Positions 46,175 through 54,747 of a stretch of 64,000 bases of DNA are shown here, in pieces; within the stretch, counting starts at the first letter, position 1, and each line of letters begins with the position of its first letter. The stretch comes from an uncultured bacterium (GTDB taxonomy: Bacteria > Chlamydiota > Chlamydiia > Chlamydiales > VFKH01), in the NCBI GenBank assembly GCA_964630595.1, contig CAZVVT010000001.1, positions 326,354 through 390,353 on the forward strand. The letters are read 5' to 3'. The notes beneath the pieces are model-generated. The model worked only from the letters and a program-made list of their open reading frames with translations. It had not been told where the DNA came from and ran no database searches. The translations under genes and the position numbers were made by a program.

Positions 46175-47368
46175 ATGTCTACCTGGCAAGCTCTCGCACG
46201 GGCCTTTCGGCCCACCCAATTTACCGAAGTGGTCGGCCAAGAGGTGGTCGTCCAAACCCTCTCCAACGCCCTCAAGACGGGCCGCGTAGGCCATGCCTAC
46301 CTCTTCTCCGGCTTGCGCGGCACGGGAAAAACCACCCTCGCCCGCCTGCTGGCCAAAGCGCTCAACTGCGAAAAGGGCAAGGGGCAATCAGCGTGCGGCA
46401 CTTGCTCCACCTGCAAGCAGGTGCAGTCCGGTTCCTGCCTCGACGTGATTGAAATCGACGGTGCCTGCAGCCGCAGCATCGACGATGTGCGCCAGATCAC
46501 AGAAACAGTGGGCTACGCACCGGCACAGGGCAACTACAAGATCATCTTGATCGATGAAGTGCACATGCTGACAAAGGAGGCCTTCAACGCGCTGCTCAAG
46601 ACGCTCGAAGAGCCCCCTGCCCATGTCAAATTCATCTTCGCTACGACGGAGCCGCAAAAGGTCCCCGACACCATTAAGAGCCGCTGCCAACACTTTCACT
46701 TAAAGCGTCTTTCGACAGAGGCGATCGGGGCCAAGCTCACCCATGTCGCCTCTTTTCTCAAACGCACAATCGAGCCCGCAGCTCTTGCCCTCATTGCTCG
46801 CCGCGGCGAAGGAAGTCTGCGCGACGCCGAGTCAATGCTCGACCAGCTCCTCACCGCCATCGATGGCCCCATCACGGCCGACCAAGCCGCCGACTACTTT
46901 GGCCTCGCCCCCGACCGTCTCCTTGCCGCCTTCGATACCGCCTTTGATGAAAGTAACATCCCTTACGCCTACACACTCATCCAAGAGCTCGAAACCGCCG
47001 GCATTGACATGGGCCTCTTTACTCAGCAGCTTCTCGTTCACCTACGCACCCACCTCGAGCGCGCTCTGCTTGGTCACAAAACGCCCTATAGTCCGCTACA
47101 TCTTTCTATCGCGCTCGAACAACTGCTGCAAGCAGAAGAGGCTCTCAAACACTCCTTCAGCCCCGCTTTGCGCCTCACCTCCACTCTCCTCAAACTTCTG
47201 GGGCTGAAAAAACAACTTACTCTTGAAGAGCTCACCACTCGCCTTGAAGCTTTGGAATCGCGGCTCCAAAGCCGCCAAGCACTCTCGAAAACAAAAGCCG
47301 AGACGCTGATGCAATTTGCCGCCGTAGAACTAGAAGGGACATTGAAACGTGGGAACGGGATTCAGTAA
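46175..47368 (+). CDS. dnaX: DNA polymerase III subunit gamma/tau
   Basis: FTEVVGQE, GLRGTGKTT, zinc-binding Cys cluster, IDEVHML, LLKTLEEPP, SRC, GSLRDA. Confidence 0.96.
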   Translation: MSTWQALARAFRPTQFTEVVGQEVVVQTLSNALKTGRVGHAYLFSGLRGTGKTTLARLLAKALNCEKGKGQSACGTCSTCKQVQSGSCLDVIEIDGACSRSIDDVRQITETVGYAPAQGNYKIILIDEVHMLTKEAFNALLKTLEEPPAHVKFIFATTEPQKVPDTIKSRCQHFHLKRLSTEAIGAKLTHVASFLKRTIEPAALALIARRGEGSLRDAESMLDQLLTAIDGPITADQAADYFGLAPDRLLAAFDTAFDESNIPYAYTLIQELETAGIDMGLFTQQLLVHLRTHLERALLGHKTPYSPLHLSIALEQLLQAEEALKHSFSPALRLTSTLLKLLGLKKQLTLEELTTRLEALESRLQSRQALSKTKAETLMQFAAVELEGTLKRGNGIQ

Positions 47369-47630
47369 ACAGAAGAAACAGATGCGCGCCATGCAGGAAC
47401 AATTCAAAACCCTGCAAGCAGAGATGAAGCAAAAAAGCTTCGTCGGTAGCTCCTCAGCAGGCCTTGTTCAAGTTACGTTGAACGGCGATGGCGACCTCAT
47501 CGCTCTCGACTTAAAACCCGAATGCGTTGACAAAGAGGACATCGACGGTCTTAAAGACCTGATCATCCAAGCCCATAAAGCCGCCTCCGATCAGATCAAA
47601 CAACAATCTAATATGGCTTTGCCCTTCTAA
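47349..47630 (+). CDS. ybaB: Nucleoid-associated protein YbaB/EbfC
   Basis: GLVQVTLNG, DIDGLKDLIIQA; follows dnaX. Confidence 0.9.
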   Translation: MGTGFSKQKKQMRAMQEQFKTLQAEMKQKSFVGSSSAGLVQVTLNGDGDLIALDLKPECVDKEDIDGLKDLIIQAHKAASDQIKQQSNMALPF

Positions 47631-49306
47631 AGCAAACCGCGAGCCAATTCCTCGACTTCTTGCAGGTTGATGCGAGAAACAACGTCTTTCACGTAAGGAA
47701 TAGCGCGGAGGTTGACAGAGAGTTCACGTACACCCAGGCCCAGCAGCGTAGGGATATAGCGCTTGTCGGAAGCCATTTCGCCGCAGACAGAGACAGGGAT
47801 ATTGTGTTTAGCGCCCATCGAAACGACATGGTGAATGAGGCGGAGAACGGCGGGATGGTGAGGGTCAAAGAGATAACTTAGATTTGCGTTGCCGCGGTCG
47901 ACAGCGAGTGTGTATTGGATCAGATCATTCGTGCCGATCGAGAGAAAGTCGACGTGCGGAATGAGGCGGTCGACGGCAAGGGCAGCAGAGGGCACTTCGA
48001 TCATGCAACCGATGGCCACATTTGCGCTGAAGGCAATGCCGCGGTCGGCCAGTTCTTCTTTGGCCTCTTCGAGAAGCTCTTTTGCCATGATCAGCTCGCT
48101 CTCTTTGGCGATCATAGGAAACATGATTTTGACCGGACCCCAAGCGGAGGCAGAGAGAATGGCGCGCGCTTGTGCCTTGAAGATGTGCTTCTCCTTAAGC
48201 AGGAAGCGAATGGCGCGGCAGCCGAGAAAAGGGTTGTCTTCGCGTGATTTGGTGGAAATGGTCTTGTCAGCACCCAGGTCAAAGACGCGGATCGTCACCG
48301 GCTTGCCCTTCATCTGCTTCACCACATCGCGGAAGATGAGGAATTGCTCTTCTTCTGTAGGAAGTAGTCCGGAACGCAAAGCAATCGATTCGCTACGGAA
48401 GAGGCCAATGCCATCATCGGCAACCACCTCATTCACAACATCACCCCGCTCCGCGTTGGCAGAAACAACAATGCGCTGGCCATCGGCCGTCGTGGGCACC
48501 AATCCGTAGCGACTACGCTTTTGGCCATCAATGAGCTTCAGCTCTTCCTGGCGCAAGCGGTAGGAGGCCATCTGCTCTTTAGAGGGGTTGATGACGACAA
48601 CACCCGCTTCGCCATCGACGACAACGTCGAGCTTTTGCGCCAAATTCAGTTCATCAAAATCTACACCAACCACGTACGGAATCCCCTGCGACTTTGCCAT
48701 GATCGCCGAATGGCATGTCGGCCCGCCCTTTTGACTCACAAAGGCGATCACACCTGCTTTCTTCGCCCAAAAAGTATCAGATGGAGCAATTTCATGAGCG
48801 AACAAAACCGCCTCATCAAAACGCTTGATGCCCTTTGCCTGCTTGCCCAAATGGCGCAACAACCGATTGGAAATATCCTGCACATCGGCGAACCGCTCTT
48901 TCAATGTCGGATCTTTAATGCGCTCGAATCGGCTTCGATACTCTTCCAGCGCCGCAATGACGCATACTTCACTATTCTTGCGCATTTCGCGGATGCGCTC
49001 TTCAATCTTCTTCGTCCAATCCGGGTCTTGGATCAAGCAAAGGTGTGCATCCAGCAATTGCAACCCTTCATGATCTAAGTCCGACTGCAGATCGCGACGC
49101 ATCTGCACCAATTCGCGCTTGCTTTTTCCCAGCGCTTTTTTTAGCCGCCCAATCTCTTCTTCAATGCTCTGCTCATCCAGCTTTTCGTCCCGCACAGAGG
49201 TCTTGCGCGAGGCGGGAAAGACCACCTTCCCCACAGCAATGCCCGGGCAGAGACCCACTCCCCGGATAACAATTTCGGCAGGCTTTTTCTGCCGCACCTT
49301 AGCCAT
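47627..49306 (-). CDS. ptsI: PTS enzyme I
   Basis: GGPTCHSAI phospho-His, GLFRSE, DLGADK, NPFLGCRAIR, MIEVP, SIGTNDLIQY, CGEMA; start ATG 49306. Confidence 0.95.
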   Translation of the reverse strand: MAKVRQKKPAEIVIRGVGLCPGIAVGKVVFPASRKTSVRDEKLDEQSIEEEIGRLKKALGKSKRELVQMRRDLQSDLDHEGLQLLDAHLCLIQDPDWTKKIEERIREMRKNSEVCVIAALEEYRSRFERIKDPTLKERFADVQDISNRLLRHLGKQAKGIKRFDEAVLFAHEIAPSDTFWAKKAGVIAFVSQKGGPTCHSAIMAKSQGIPYVVGVDFDELNLAQKLDVVVDGEAGVVVINPSKEQMASYRLRQEELKLIDGQKRSRYGLVPTTADGQRIVVSANAERGDVVNEVVADDGIGLFRSESIALRSGLLPTEEEQFLIFRDVVKQMKGKPVTIRVFDLGADKTISTKSREDNPFLGCRAIRFLLKEKHIFKAQARAILSASAWGPVKIMFPMIAKESELIMAKELLEEAKEELADRGIAFSANVAIGCMIEVPSAALAVDRLIPHVDFLSIGTNDLIQYTLAVDRGNANLSYLFDPHHPAVLRLIHHVVSMGAKHNIPVSVCGEMASDKRYIPTLLGLGVRELSVNLRAIPYVKDVVSRINLQEVEELARGLL

Positions 49307-49574
49307 TCTTTTCCCCAAACCCACAGGCAAAGGCACTCACTAAATTCGCCATGATATGCTCGGCATCTTCCCCATCCACTTCGATGGTAATTTTGCTGTT
49401 CTTGCTCGCTGCCAGCATCAAGATACCCATGATGCTCTTTGCATTCACCGTCTCTTTGCGCGTTTTAAATTGCACATGACTCTTGGCGTCTTGGAGCATC
49501 TTAACAATGGTTGTCGCCGGCCTGGTATGCAGCCCCAAGCTGTTCACTACCTGCACGCTTTTCACTAACTTCAT
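49299..49574 (-). CDS. ptsH: Phosphocarrier HPr
   Basis: GLHTRPA (His15), NAKSIMG (Ser46). Confidence 0.95.
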   Translation of the reverse strand: MKLVKSVQVVNSLGLHTRPATTIVKMLQDAKSHVQFKTRKETVNAKSIMGILMLAASKNSKITIEVDGEDAEHIMANLVSAFACGFGEKNG

Positions 49575-50512
49575 AGCGATTCCCTCTGCTTAGCAGCAAT
49601 TGTCTGTAACAATTTCGTATTGAACTCTTTTGCCGAGTTATATCCCATCGCTTTTAATCGGTGGTTCAAAGCAATGGTCTCGAGCAGCAGAACAACGTCG
49701 CGGCCCGGCTTCACCGGCAGAATGTGAAAAGGAATCTTGATCCCTAAAATGTCTCGAGTCTGCTCTTCTAAACCAACGCGGTCGTAGACATGGCTATCAT
49801 CCCATACCTCCAGCTGCACAATGGTCTCCACGTTTTTCACTTCGCGCACGCACACCGCGCCGTACAGGTTTGAAACGTTAACAATTCCAATCCCACGGAT
49901 CTCCATATGGTACCGCGTGAGCTCCGCGCCCGACCCTTCCAGAAGGTTGTTCTCTCTCTTCTTGATGCGCACGACATCGTCGGAAACCAGACGGTGGCCG
50001 CGCTCAATAAGTCCCAAAGCCGCTTCACTCTTACCCACGCCGGAGGCGCCCTGAATCAAGACACCCACACCAAAAATCTCTACCAGCGTGCCGTGACAGG
50101 TAATGCTGGGTGAAAACTCCTCGGAGAGCACCACGGAGAGCTTGTTCATCACGCTCATCGTCGGCATCTTGGTGCGCAGCAAAGGGATGTGCATGCTCTC
50201 GCAGATGGCTTCCAGCTCTTCCAGGGGGCGATACCCACGCGCCAAAATCACCGCGGGCGTAGGCAGCTGCAAAAGAGCCTTCAGTCTCTCCACGCGAATC
50301 GGTCCCGCCAGATCGCGCAGGTACTCCATCTCCACTTTGCCCAGCACTAAAATGCGCTTGCCCGCGTGGTTTTTCAAATACCCCGCCAGACTCAACCCCG
50401 GCCTATGTGCTTCGGGCACCTTAATAACCCGCTTCAACCCCTTGCCACCCGCAAGAAGCTGCAGCCCCATCGATTTTCCATGCGTATTGAAAAGGTGCTC
50501 AACTAAGAACAT
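49571..50512 (-). CDS. hprK: HPr kinase/phosphorylase
   Basis: RPGLSLAG, GASGVGKSE, LVSDD, MEIRGIGI, PVKPGRD. Confidence 0.95.
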   Translation of the reverse strand: MFLVEHLFNTHGKSMGLQLLAGGKGLKRVIKVPEAHRPGLSLAGYLKNHAGKRILVLGKVEMEYLRDLAGPIRVERLKALLQLPTPAVILARGYRPLEELEAICESMHIPLLRTKMPTMSVMNKLSVVLSEEFSPSITCHGTLVEIFGVGVLIQGASGVGKSEAALGLIERGHRLVSDDVVRIKKRENNLLEGSGAELTRYHMEIRGIGIVNVSNLYGAVCVREVKNVETIVQLEVWDDSHVYDRVGLEEQTRDILGIKIPFHILPVKPGRDVVLLLETIALNHRLKAMGYNSAKEFNTKLLQTIAAKQRESL

Positions 50513-51221
50513 CGATGCCCTCCCCTACAAGGTACGTTGCAAGCCATTCGGAAAAAGAGGCAAATGTCGGTTTCACACTCCCCTTTGTGTCGGCTCTTAT
50601 CGTACAACATCCCATCTCGTTTGGAAACCATTCAGCGTAAAAACAGTGCCAATAGTTTCCCCCGAATGATTGATAAAAAGGAATCAATTTTGCCGAGTCC
50701 AGCGGCCCCACTTCGTCCAAAGCAAAAGAGCGCGCCCGAATTTCCTCCTGCAGCTCGCCCCACTTGCCCGCCACATCGCAAACCGCAAACAGTCCGATGT
50801 CCATTCCTTTGTGAAAGCGACCATGAATCGCCTGAAACGCGAGATAACTCCTTGGCAGTGGCCAACTTCGAAAAAACGAATAGGCTTCAATCGCAGTAGA
50901 ACCCAAAGGAATTTGACCGGAGAAAAAGCCCCCTCTGCGCAAACTATAGACAAGGTAGGGTTCACTCTTTTCCGTGATAAACAGGATTAGGTTATCTAAT
51001 TGCGCAAAAAAGCGGGGTATTTCTTCACAAAGGGCTGGTTCTTCTCGTAATTGGTGAAGCCAAAACTGCTCGACAAACTCCAGACGTCCTTGAGGCTCAA
51101 TGCGGGTGAGCTCAAACCACCCTCTGGGCAGAACGCTGCAGAGAGAAGAGGCCTCTTCCCAACTCACTTCAGGCGTAATCTCCCTCGCCTCTCGGAAACA
51201 TTCTTTGATTTGTTGTCGCAT
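50499..51221 (-). CDS. Conserved chlamydial hypothetical protein, possibly SMI1/KNR4-like
   Basis: LPRGWFEL, LPRSYLAF, LIPFYQSFG, FASFSEWLATYL; upstream of PTS genes. Confidence 0.65.
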   Translation of the reverse strand: MRQQIKECFREAREITPEVSWEEASSLCSVLPRGWFELTRIEPQGRLEFVEQFWLHQLREEPALCEEIPRFFAQLDNLILFITEKSEPYLVYSLRRGGFFSGQIPLGSTAIEAYSFFRSWPLPRSYLAFQAIHGRFHKGMDIGLFAVCDVAGKWGELQEEIRARSFALDEVGPLDSAKLIPFYQSFGGNYWHCFYAEWFPNEMGCCTIRADTKGSVKPTFASFSEWLATYLVGEGIDVLS

Positions 51222-51266
51222 GGAAAACTGTTGGGGATATGCCAGTTTTGTTATCTTGTCAATTTA

Positions 51267-51429
51267 ATACCCCTCCTAGGGAATAACGTCACATTCTAGC
51301 TGCGTGAAAGCTCTCGGGAATCAACGATCGTAAAGCGGCTTGTATTGCTTTAATACTAGCCGCTTTACGATCGTTGATTCCCGTGGCTTTGACGCGCTAT
51401 AATATGACGTTATTCCCTAGGAGTGGTAT
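51267..51429. repeat. ~163-bp long palindromic element (MITE/REP-like)
   Basis: Perfect 19-bp (51273-51291/51405-51423) and 26-bp (51315-51340/51358-51383) stems joined by an imperfect stem; short central loop. Confidence 0.92.
51374..51423 (+). promoter_or_regulatory. Putative ndh promoter and RBS inside the palindrome right arm
   Basis: TTGATT(51374)-N18-TATAAT(51398); AGGAG 51419-51423, 9 nt before ATG 51433. Confidence 0.55.
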
Positions 51430-51432
51430 AAG

Positions 51433-52662
51433 ATGCGAAAAAGAGTCGTAATCCTTGGAGCGGGCTTTGGTGGGCTCAATGCAGCGCAGGCGCTAAAGAA
51501 CGCCCCTGTCGACATCACCATCATCGATCGCACCAACCACCACCTTTTCCAACCTCTTCTCTATCAAGTAGCTAGCGCAGCTCTCTCTCCTTCTGACATC
51601 GCCGTTCCGATCCGCGAAGTCGTGCGCGACCAAGAAAATTGCACAGTCCTATTAAGCAACGCCATTGCCATTCACAAAAAGCGGCAGGTCGTTGAGCTAG
51701 AGCACGCCGATCCCATTGAGTACGACTATCTTATCGTTGCCACGGGCGCTCGCCATAGCTACTTCGGCCATCCGCGCTGGGAATCGCTCGCCCCGGGCAT
51801 CAAAACTCTGCGCGACGCCCAGCTGATCCGCGAACATCTACTCATGTCGTTCGAAATTGCTGAACGCACTCCTAAAGAGAAGGATGTGCAGCCCTACTTG
51901 AATTTCGCTATTATCGGTGCCGGGCCTACCGGCGTAGAGATGGCGGGGGCGATTGCAGAGATTGCCTACAAAACGCTCATTCGCGAATTCACCCACATTG
52001 ACATTCGCAAAAGCTGCATCTATCTGATCGAAGCAGCGCCTGATGTCCTACCCACCTTCCACCCTCGCTTGCGCCGCATTGCACGCCACGATCTCGAAAA
52101 GCTGGGCGTAACGGTTCTCACAGACACAAAAGTGACCAACATTACAGAAGAGGGCGTGGAAACGGCAACGGGTTTTATCCCCACGAAAAACATCGTTTGG
52201 GCCGCGGGCAACGAAGCGGGCCCTCTTCTAAAAACGCTGGATACTCCACTTGATCGCCAAGGGCGCGTTCAAGTAGAGCCTGATCTCACCGTTCCCGGCT
52301 ACTCCAACCTCTTCGTCATCGGCGATGCTGCCTGCGTTCTTGAAGAGGGCCATCCTCTACCCGCCGTAGCCCCTGCCGCCATCCAGCAAGGTCGTTACGT
52401 CGCCTCGATCATCTCTGGCCGGCGCAAGAACCGCAAACCCTTCCGCTACCGCGACAAGGGCTCGATGGCCACCATCGGCCTCTACAAAGCGGTGGCGAGC
52501 GCAGGTCCTATCGCCTTCGGCGGATTGCTGGCATGGCTTTCCTGGTGCTTCATCCACGTTGCCTACTTAGTCACCTTCCGCACCCGCTTTTTGGTCATGA
52601 TGCAATGGTTCTTCTGGCTCATCACTGGAAAACGCAGCTCACGTCTTATTACGCTGCGCTAA
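51433..52662 (+). CDS. ndh: Type II NADH dehydrogenase
   Basis: GAGFGG, FQPLLYQVA, YDYLIVATG, GAGPTGVEMAG, WAAG, FVIGD, KGSMATIG. Confidence 0.92.
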   Translation: MRKRVVILGAGFGGLNAAQALKNAPVDITIIDRTNHHLFQPLLYQVASAALSPSDIAVPIREVVRDQENCTVLLSNAIAIHKKRQVVELEHADPIEYDYLIVATGARHSYFGHPRWESLAPGIKTLRDAQLIREHLLMSFEIAERTPKEKDVQPYLNFAIIGAGPTGVEMAGAIAEIAYKTLIREFTHIDIRKSCIYLIEAAPDVLPTFHPRLRRIARHDLEKLGVTVLTDTKVTNITEEGVETATGFIPTKNIVWAAGNEAGPLLKTLDTPLDRQGRVQVEPDLTVPGYSNLFVIGDAACVLEEGHPLPAVAPAAIQQGRYVASIISGRRKNRKPFRYRDKGSMATIGLYKAVASAGPIAFGGLLAWLSWCFIHVAYLVTFRTRFLVMMQWFFWLITGKRSSRLITLR

Positions 52663-53702
52663 TTGAGTTCTGGAAGAGACAGCCGCTGCTACTCTTTGGG
52701 CTCCTCCTTCTCATCCTCGCCCCCGACCACACTTTCAGCGAACCCGAACCACTCACCTTGTGGCGCACGCAGGCGCAAAACTTCCTCCACACGCATCTGC
52801 TCGCCTCCATTCCCCAACAGGCCGCAGCGAAATTCCTCTCGGGGCTCTTCATGGGCCACATCCACGAACCCTTTCTCAAAGCTGCTTTAGGCGAACTGGG
52901 GCTGCAACACATCCTCGCCATCTCCGGCTTCCACTTCAGTCTCATCGCCTGGTTCCTCGCCCTCCTCTTCGCACGCATCCTGCCCCGCAGATCCGCCGGC
53001 CTCTGCACTGCCCTGCTCCTGACGCTCTACCTTCTCTTTGTCGGCATCCAACCCTCTGTTGTGCGCGCATGGACCTCTGCACTCATCACGCTCCTTCTTC
53101 TGCGACCCTCCAGCGGCCTCAACCGCCTCGGCGCGGGGCTAGTCCTCTGCCTCCTCATTGACCCCTCTTTCGCCCTCTCCTGGGGCTTTCAGCTCAGCTT
53201 CCTCGCCACCGCCGGCATCCTGCTCTTCTATGGACCCATCGATAAGCTCCTCCAACACCTCTTTCCTTGGCACTACCTGGAAGAGGCCCTAGAGTACCCC
53301 CTCCTCCATCAAGGCGTCGTCGTCTTCGCCTGCATCTTCCGCAAAGCGCTCGCCCTCACTCTGGCCGTCCATTGCCTCCTCACACCTCTGCTCCTGCACC
53401 TCTTCGGCACCCTCTCGCTCACAGGACTGCTCTACAATCTCTTCTTCCCCCTCTTCGCCGCCGCCTCCCTCATCTTGCTCATCCTCTCCCTCGCCCTCGA
53501 TCTCATCGGTCTCGGCGGCCCCCTCCACATCCTCAACGGCGCCTACACCGAAGCCATCCTCAAAACCGCCACCGGATTGCCGCAGCAACTCAAGTGGGCG
53601 ATCCATGCAACGCTCTCTTCCGAAATCGCCTGGACGCTGATCATCTTCTCGATCTGTGTCGGGATCTGGCTCCAACTCAGGCCATTGCGGCAAGTGCTTT
53701 AA
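52605..53702 (+). CDS. comEC: ComEC/Rec2 competence-domain membrane protein, reduced (start uncertain)
   Basis: GLQHILAISGFH, PSVVRA, GFQLSFLATAGI; no metallo-beta-lactamase domain. Confidence 0.85.
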   Translation: MVLLAHHWKTQLTSYYAALIEFWKRQPLLLFGLLLLILAPDHTFSEPEPLTLWRTQAQNFLHTHLLASIPQQAAAKFLSGLFMGHIHEPFLKAALGELGLQHILAISGFHFSLIAWFLALLFARILPRRSAGLCTALLLTLYLLFVGIQPSVVRAWTSALITLLLLRPSSGLNRLGAGLVLCLLIDPSFALSWGFQLSFLATAGILLFYGPIDKLLQHLFPWHYLEEALEYPLLHQGVVVFACIFRKALALTLAVHCLLTPLLLHLFGTLSLTGLLYNLFFPLFAAASLILLILSLALDLIGLGGPLHILNGAYTEAILKTATGLPQQLKWAIHATLSSEIAWTLIIFSICVGIWLQLRPLRQVL

Positions 53703-54594
53703 TCCACGCAGGATGATCGTTCATGCATGGAATGAGGTGAAACTGCTGCCCACCATGCTGCATAAACTCCGCGCGACACTCCTCGCCAATCTCAAACGTG
53801 GTCTCCAAACAATCGGCCACAAACGAGGGGCTGATCACCGCCAGGCTCTTCATGCCACCTTGCGCCAACTCCCGCACGCGATCGATGGTATAGGGCTCTA
53901 GCCACGGCTCTTTGCCCAGTCGCGACTGGAAACTCACACTCCAATTCTCCGGTCGCAGCTTTGCTGCAATCGCCTCCGCCGTGCGCATACACTCTCTTCG
54001 ATAGCGATCGCACTTGTTGATTTGGCTCATCGGCAAACCGTGAAAGCTGATGAGTAGATGGTCATAGTTTACTCCCGCTGCTTGCTCGGTCATTGCTTCG
54101 ATCATGGCTGCATTGTCGCAGTAGGACGGCACAACTCTGCACCCGTAGCGCTCGAGCTTTTTCACGATGGATCCTGTGGTCGCCTCTGCGTACTGAGGAA
54201 ATAGGGGGATCGCCGTCACCTTGCAACCTCGCAGCTCTCTCATCGCCTCGGCAATCCCTGGCTGCCCATAGCGCATCGCTAGCACCACCCGCCGCCCGCT
54301 CGACTGCGCGAGCGCCTGGGCCACCCTCTGCCCCCACAGCACCAAGGGTGAGCCGCCCTCCCAGATCTGCGCATAACTCTCCGCCACCGCCCGCACTCGC
54401 CGCGGCACAATCACGCAGCGCACGAGCAGCTGCCGCTGCAGAAAGGGCAGCTCGATCACCTTCGGATCGGTCAAAAACTCACACAAAAACTGCGCCACAT
54501 CCCGCACCGCAGGAGAGCGCGGCGAGCCCAAGTTCACCAATAATATTGCTTCTTCCACGAGGACAGTATTCCCTACGTCCTTACTTTCCAACAA
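53677..54594 (-). CDS. hemH: Ferrochelatase
   Basis: LLVNLGSP, GSPL, AMRYGQP, PLFPQYA, SFHGLP, FQSRLG, WLEP, FVADCLET. Confidence 0.94.
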   Translation of the reverse strand: MLESKDVGNTVLVEEAILLVNLGSPRSPAVRDVAQFLCEFLTDPKVIELPFLQRQLLVRCVIVPRRVRAVAESYAQIWEGGSPLVLWGQRVAQALAQSSGRRVVLAMRYGQPGIAEAMRELRGCKVTAIPLFPQYAEATTGSIVKKLERYGCRVVPSYCDNAAMIEAMTEQAAGVNYDHLLISFHGLPMSQINKCDRYRRECMRTAEAIAAKLRPENWSVSFQSRLGKEPWLEPYTIDRVRELAQGGMKSLAVISPSFVADCLETTFEIGEECRAEFMQHGGQQFHLIPCMNDHPAWIKALAAMA

Positions 54595-54623
54595 TTGACC
54601 AAAAAGCCCTCATAGCGGACAAT
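54595..54623 (+). promoter_or_regulatory. Sigma70-type promoter of tRNA-His
   Basis: TTGACC-N17-GACAAT, 12 nt before the tRNA. Confidence 0.6.
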
Positions 54624-54635
54624 TTTGCCTCCTTT

Positions 54636-54713
54636 GGCGGTCGTAGCTCAGTTGGTTAGAGCGTCGGATTGTGGTTCCGAATGTCGCGGGTTCGAGTCCC
54701 GTCGATCGCCCCA
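54636..54713 (+). tRNA. tRNA-His (anticodon GTG), with G-1 and encoded CCA
   Basis: GGCGGTCGTAGCTCAGTTGGTTAGAGCG-TCGGA-TTGTGGT-TCCGA-ATGTCGCGGGTTCGAGTCCCGTCGATCGCCCCA. Confidence 0.96.
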
Positions 54714-54747
54714 TTTTTACAGTTCGTCTCTTGGGGCCTGTTTACCC

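Noticed and set aside
51389-51403. TTGACG...TATAAT as a promoter
   Set aside because: Only 3 nt apart; the upstream TTGATT gives a workable spacing.
52900-53640. C/T-rich low-complexity tract as a repeat element
   Set aside because: Encodes Leu/Phe-rich ComEC TM helices with CTC/TTC codons; no discrete repeat unit.
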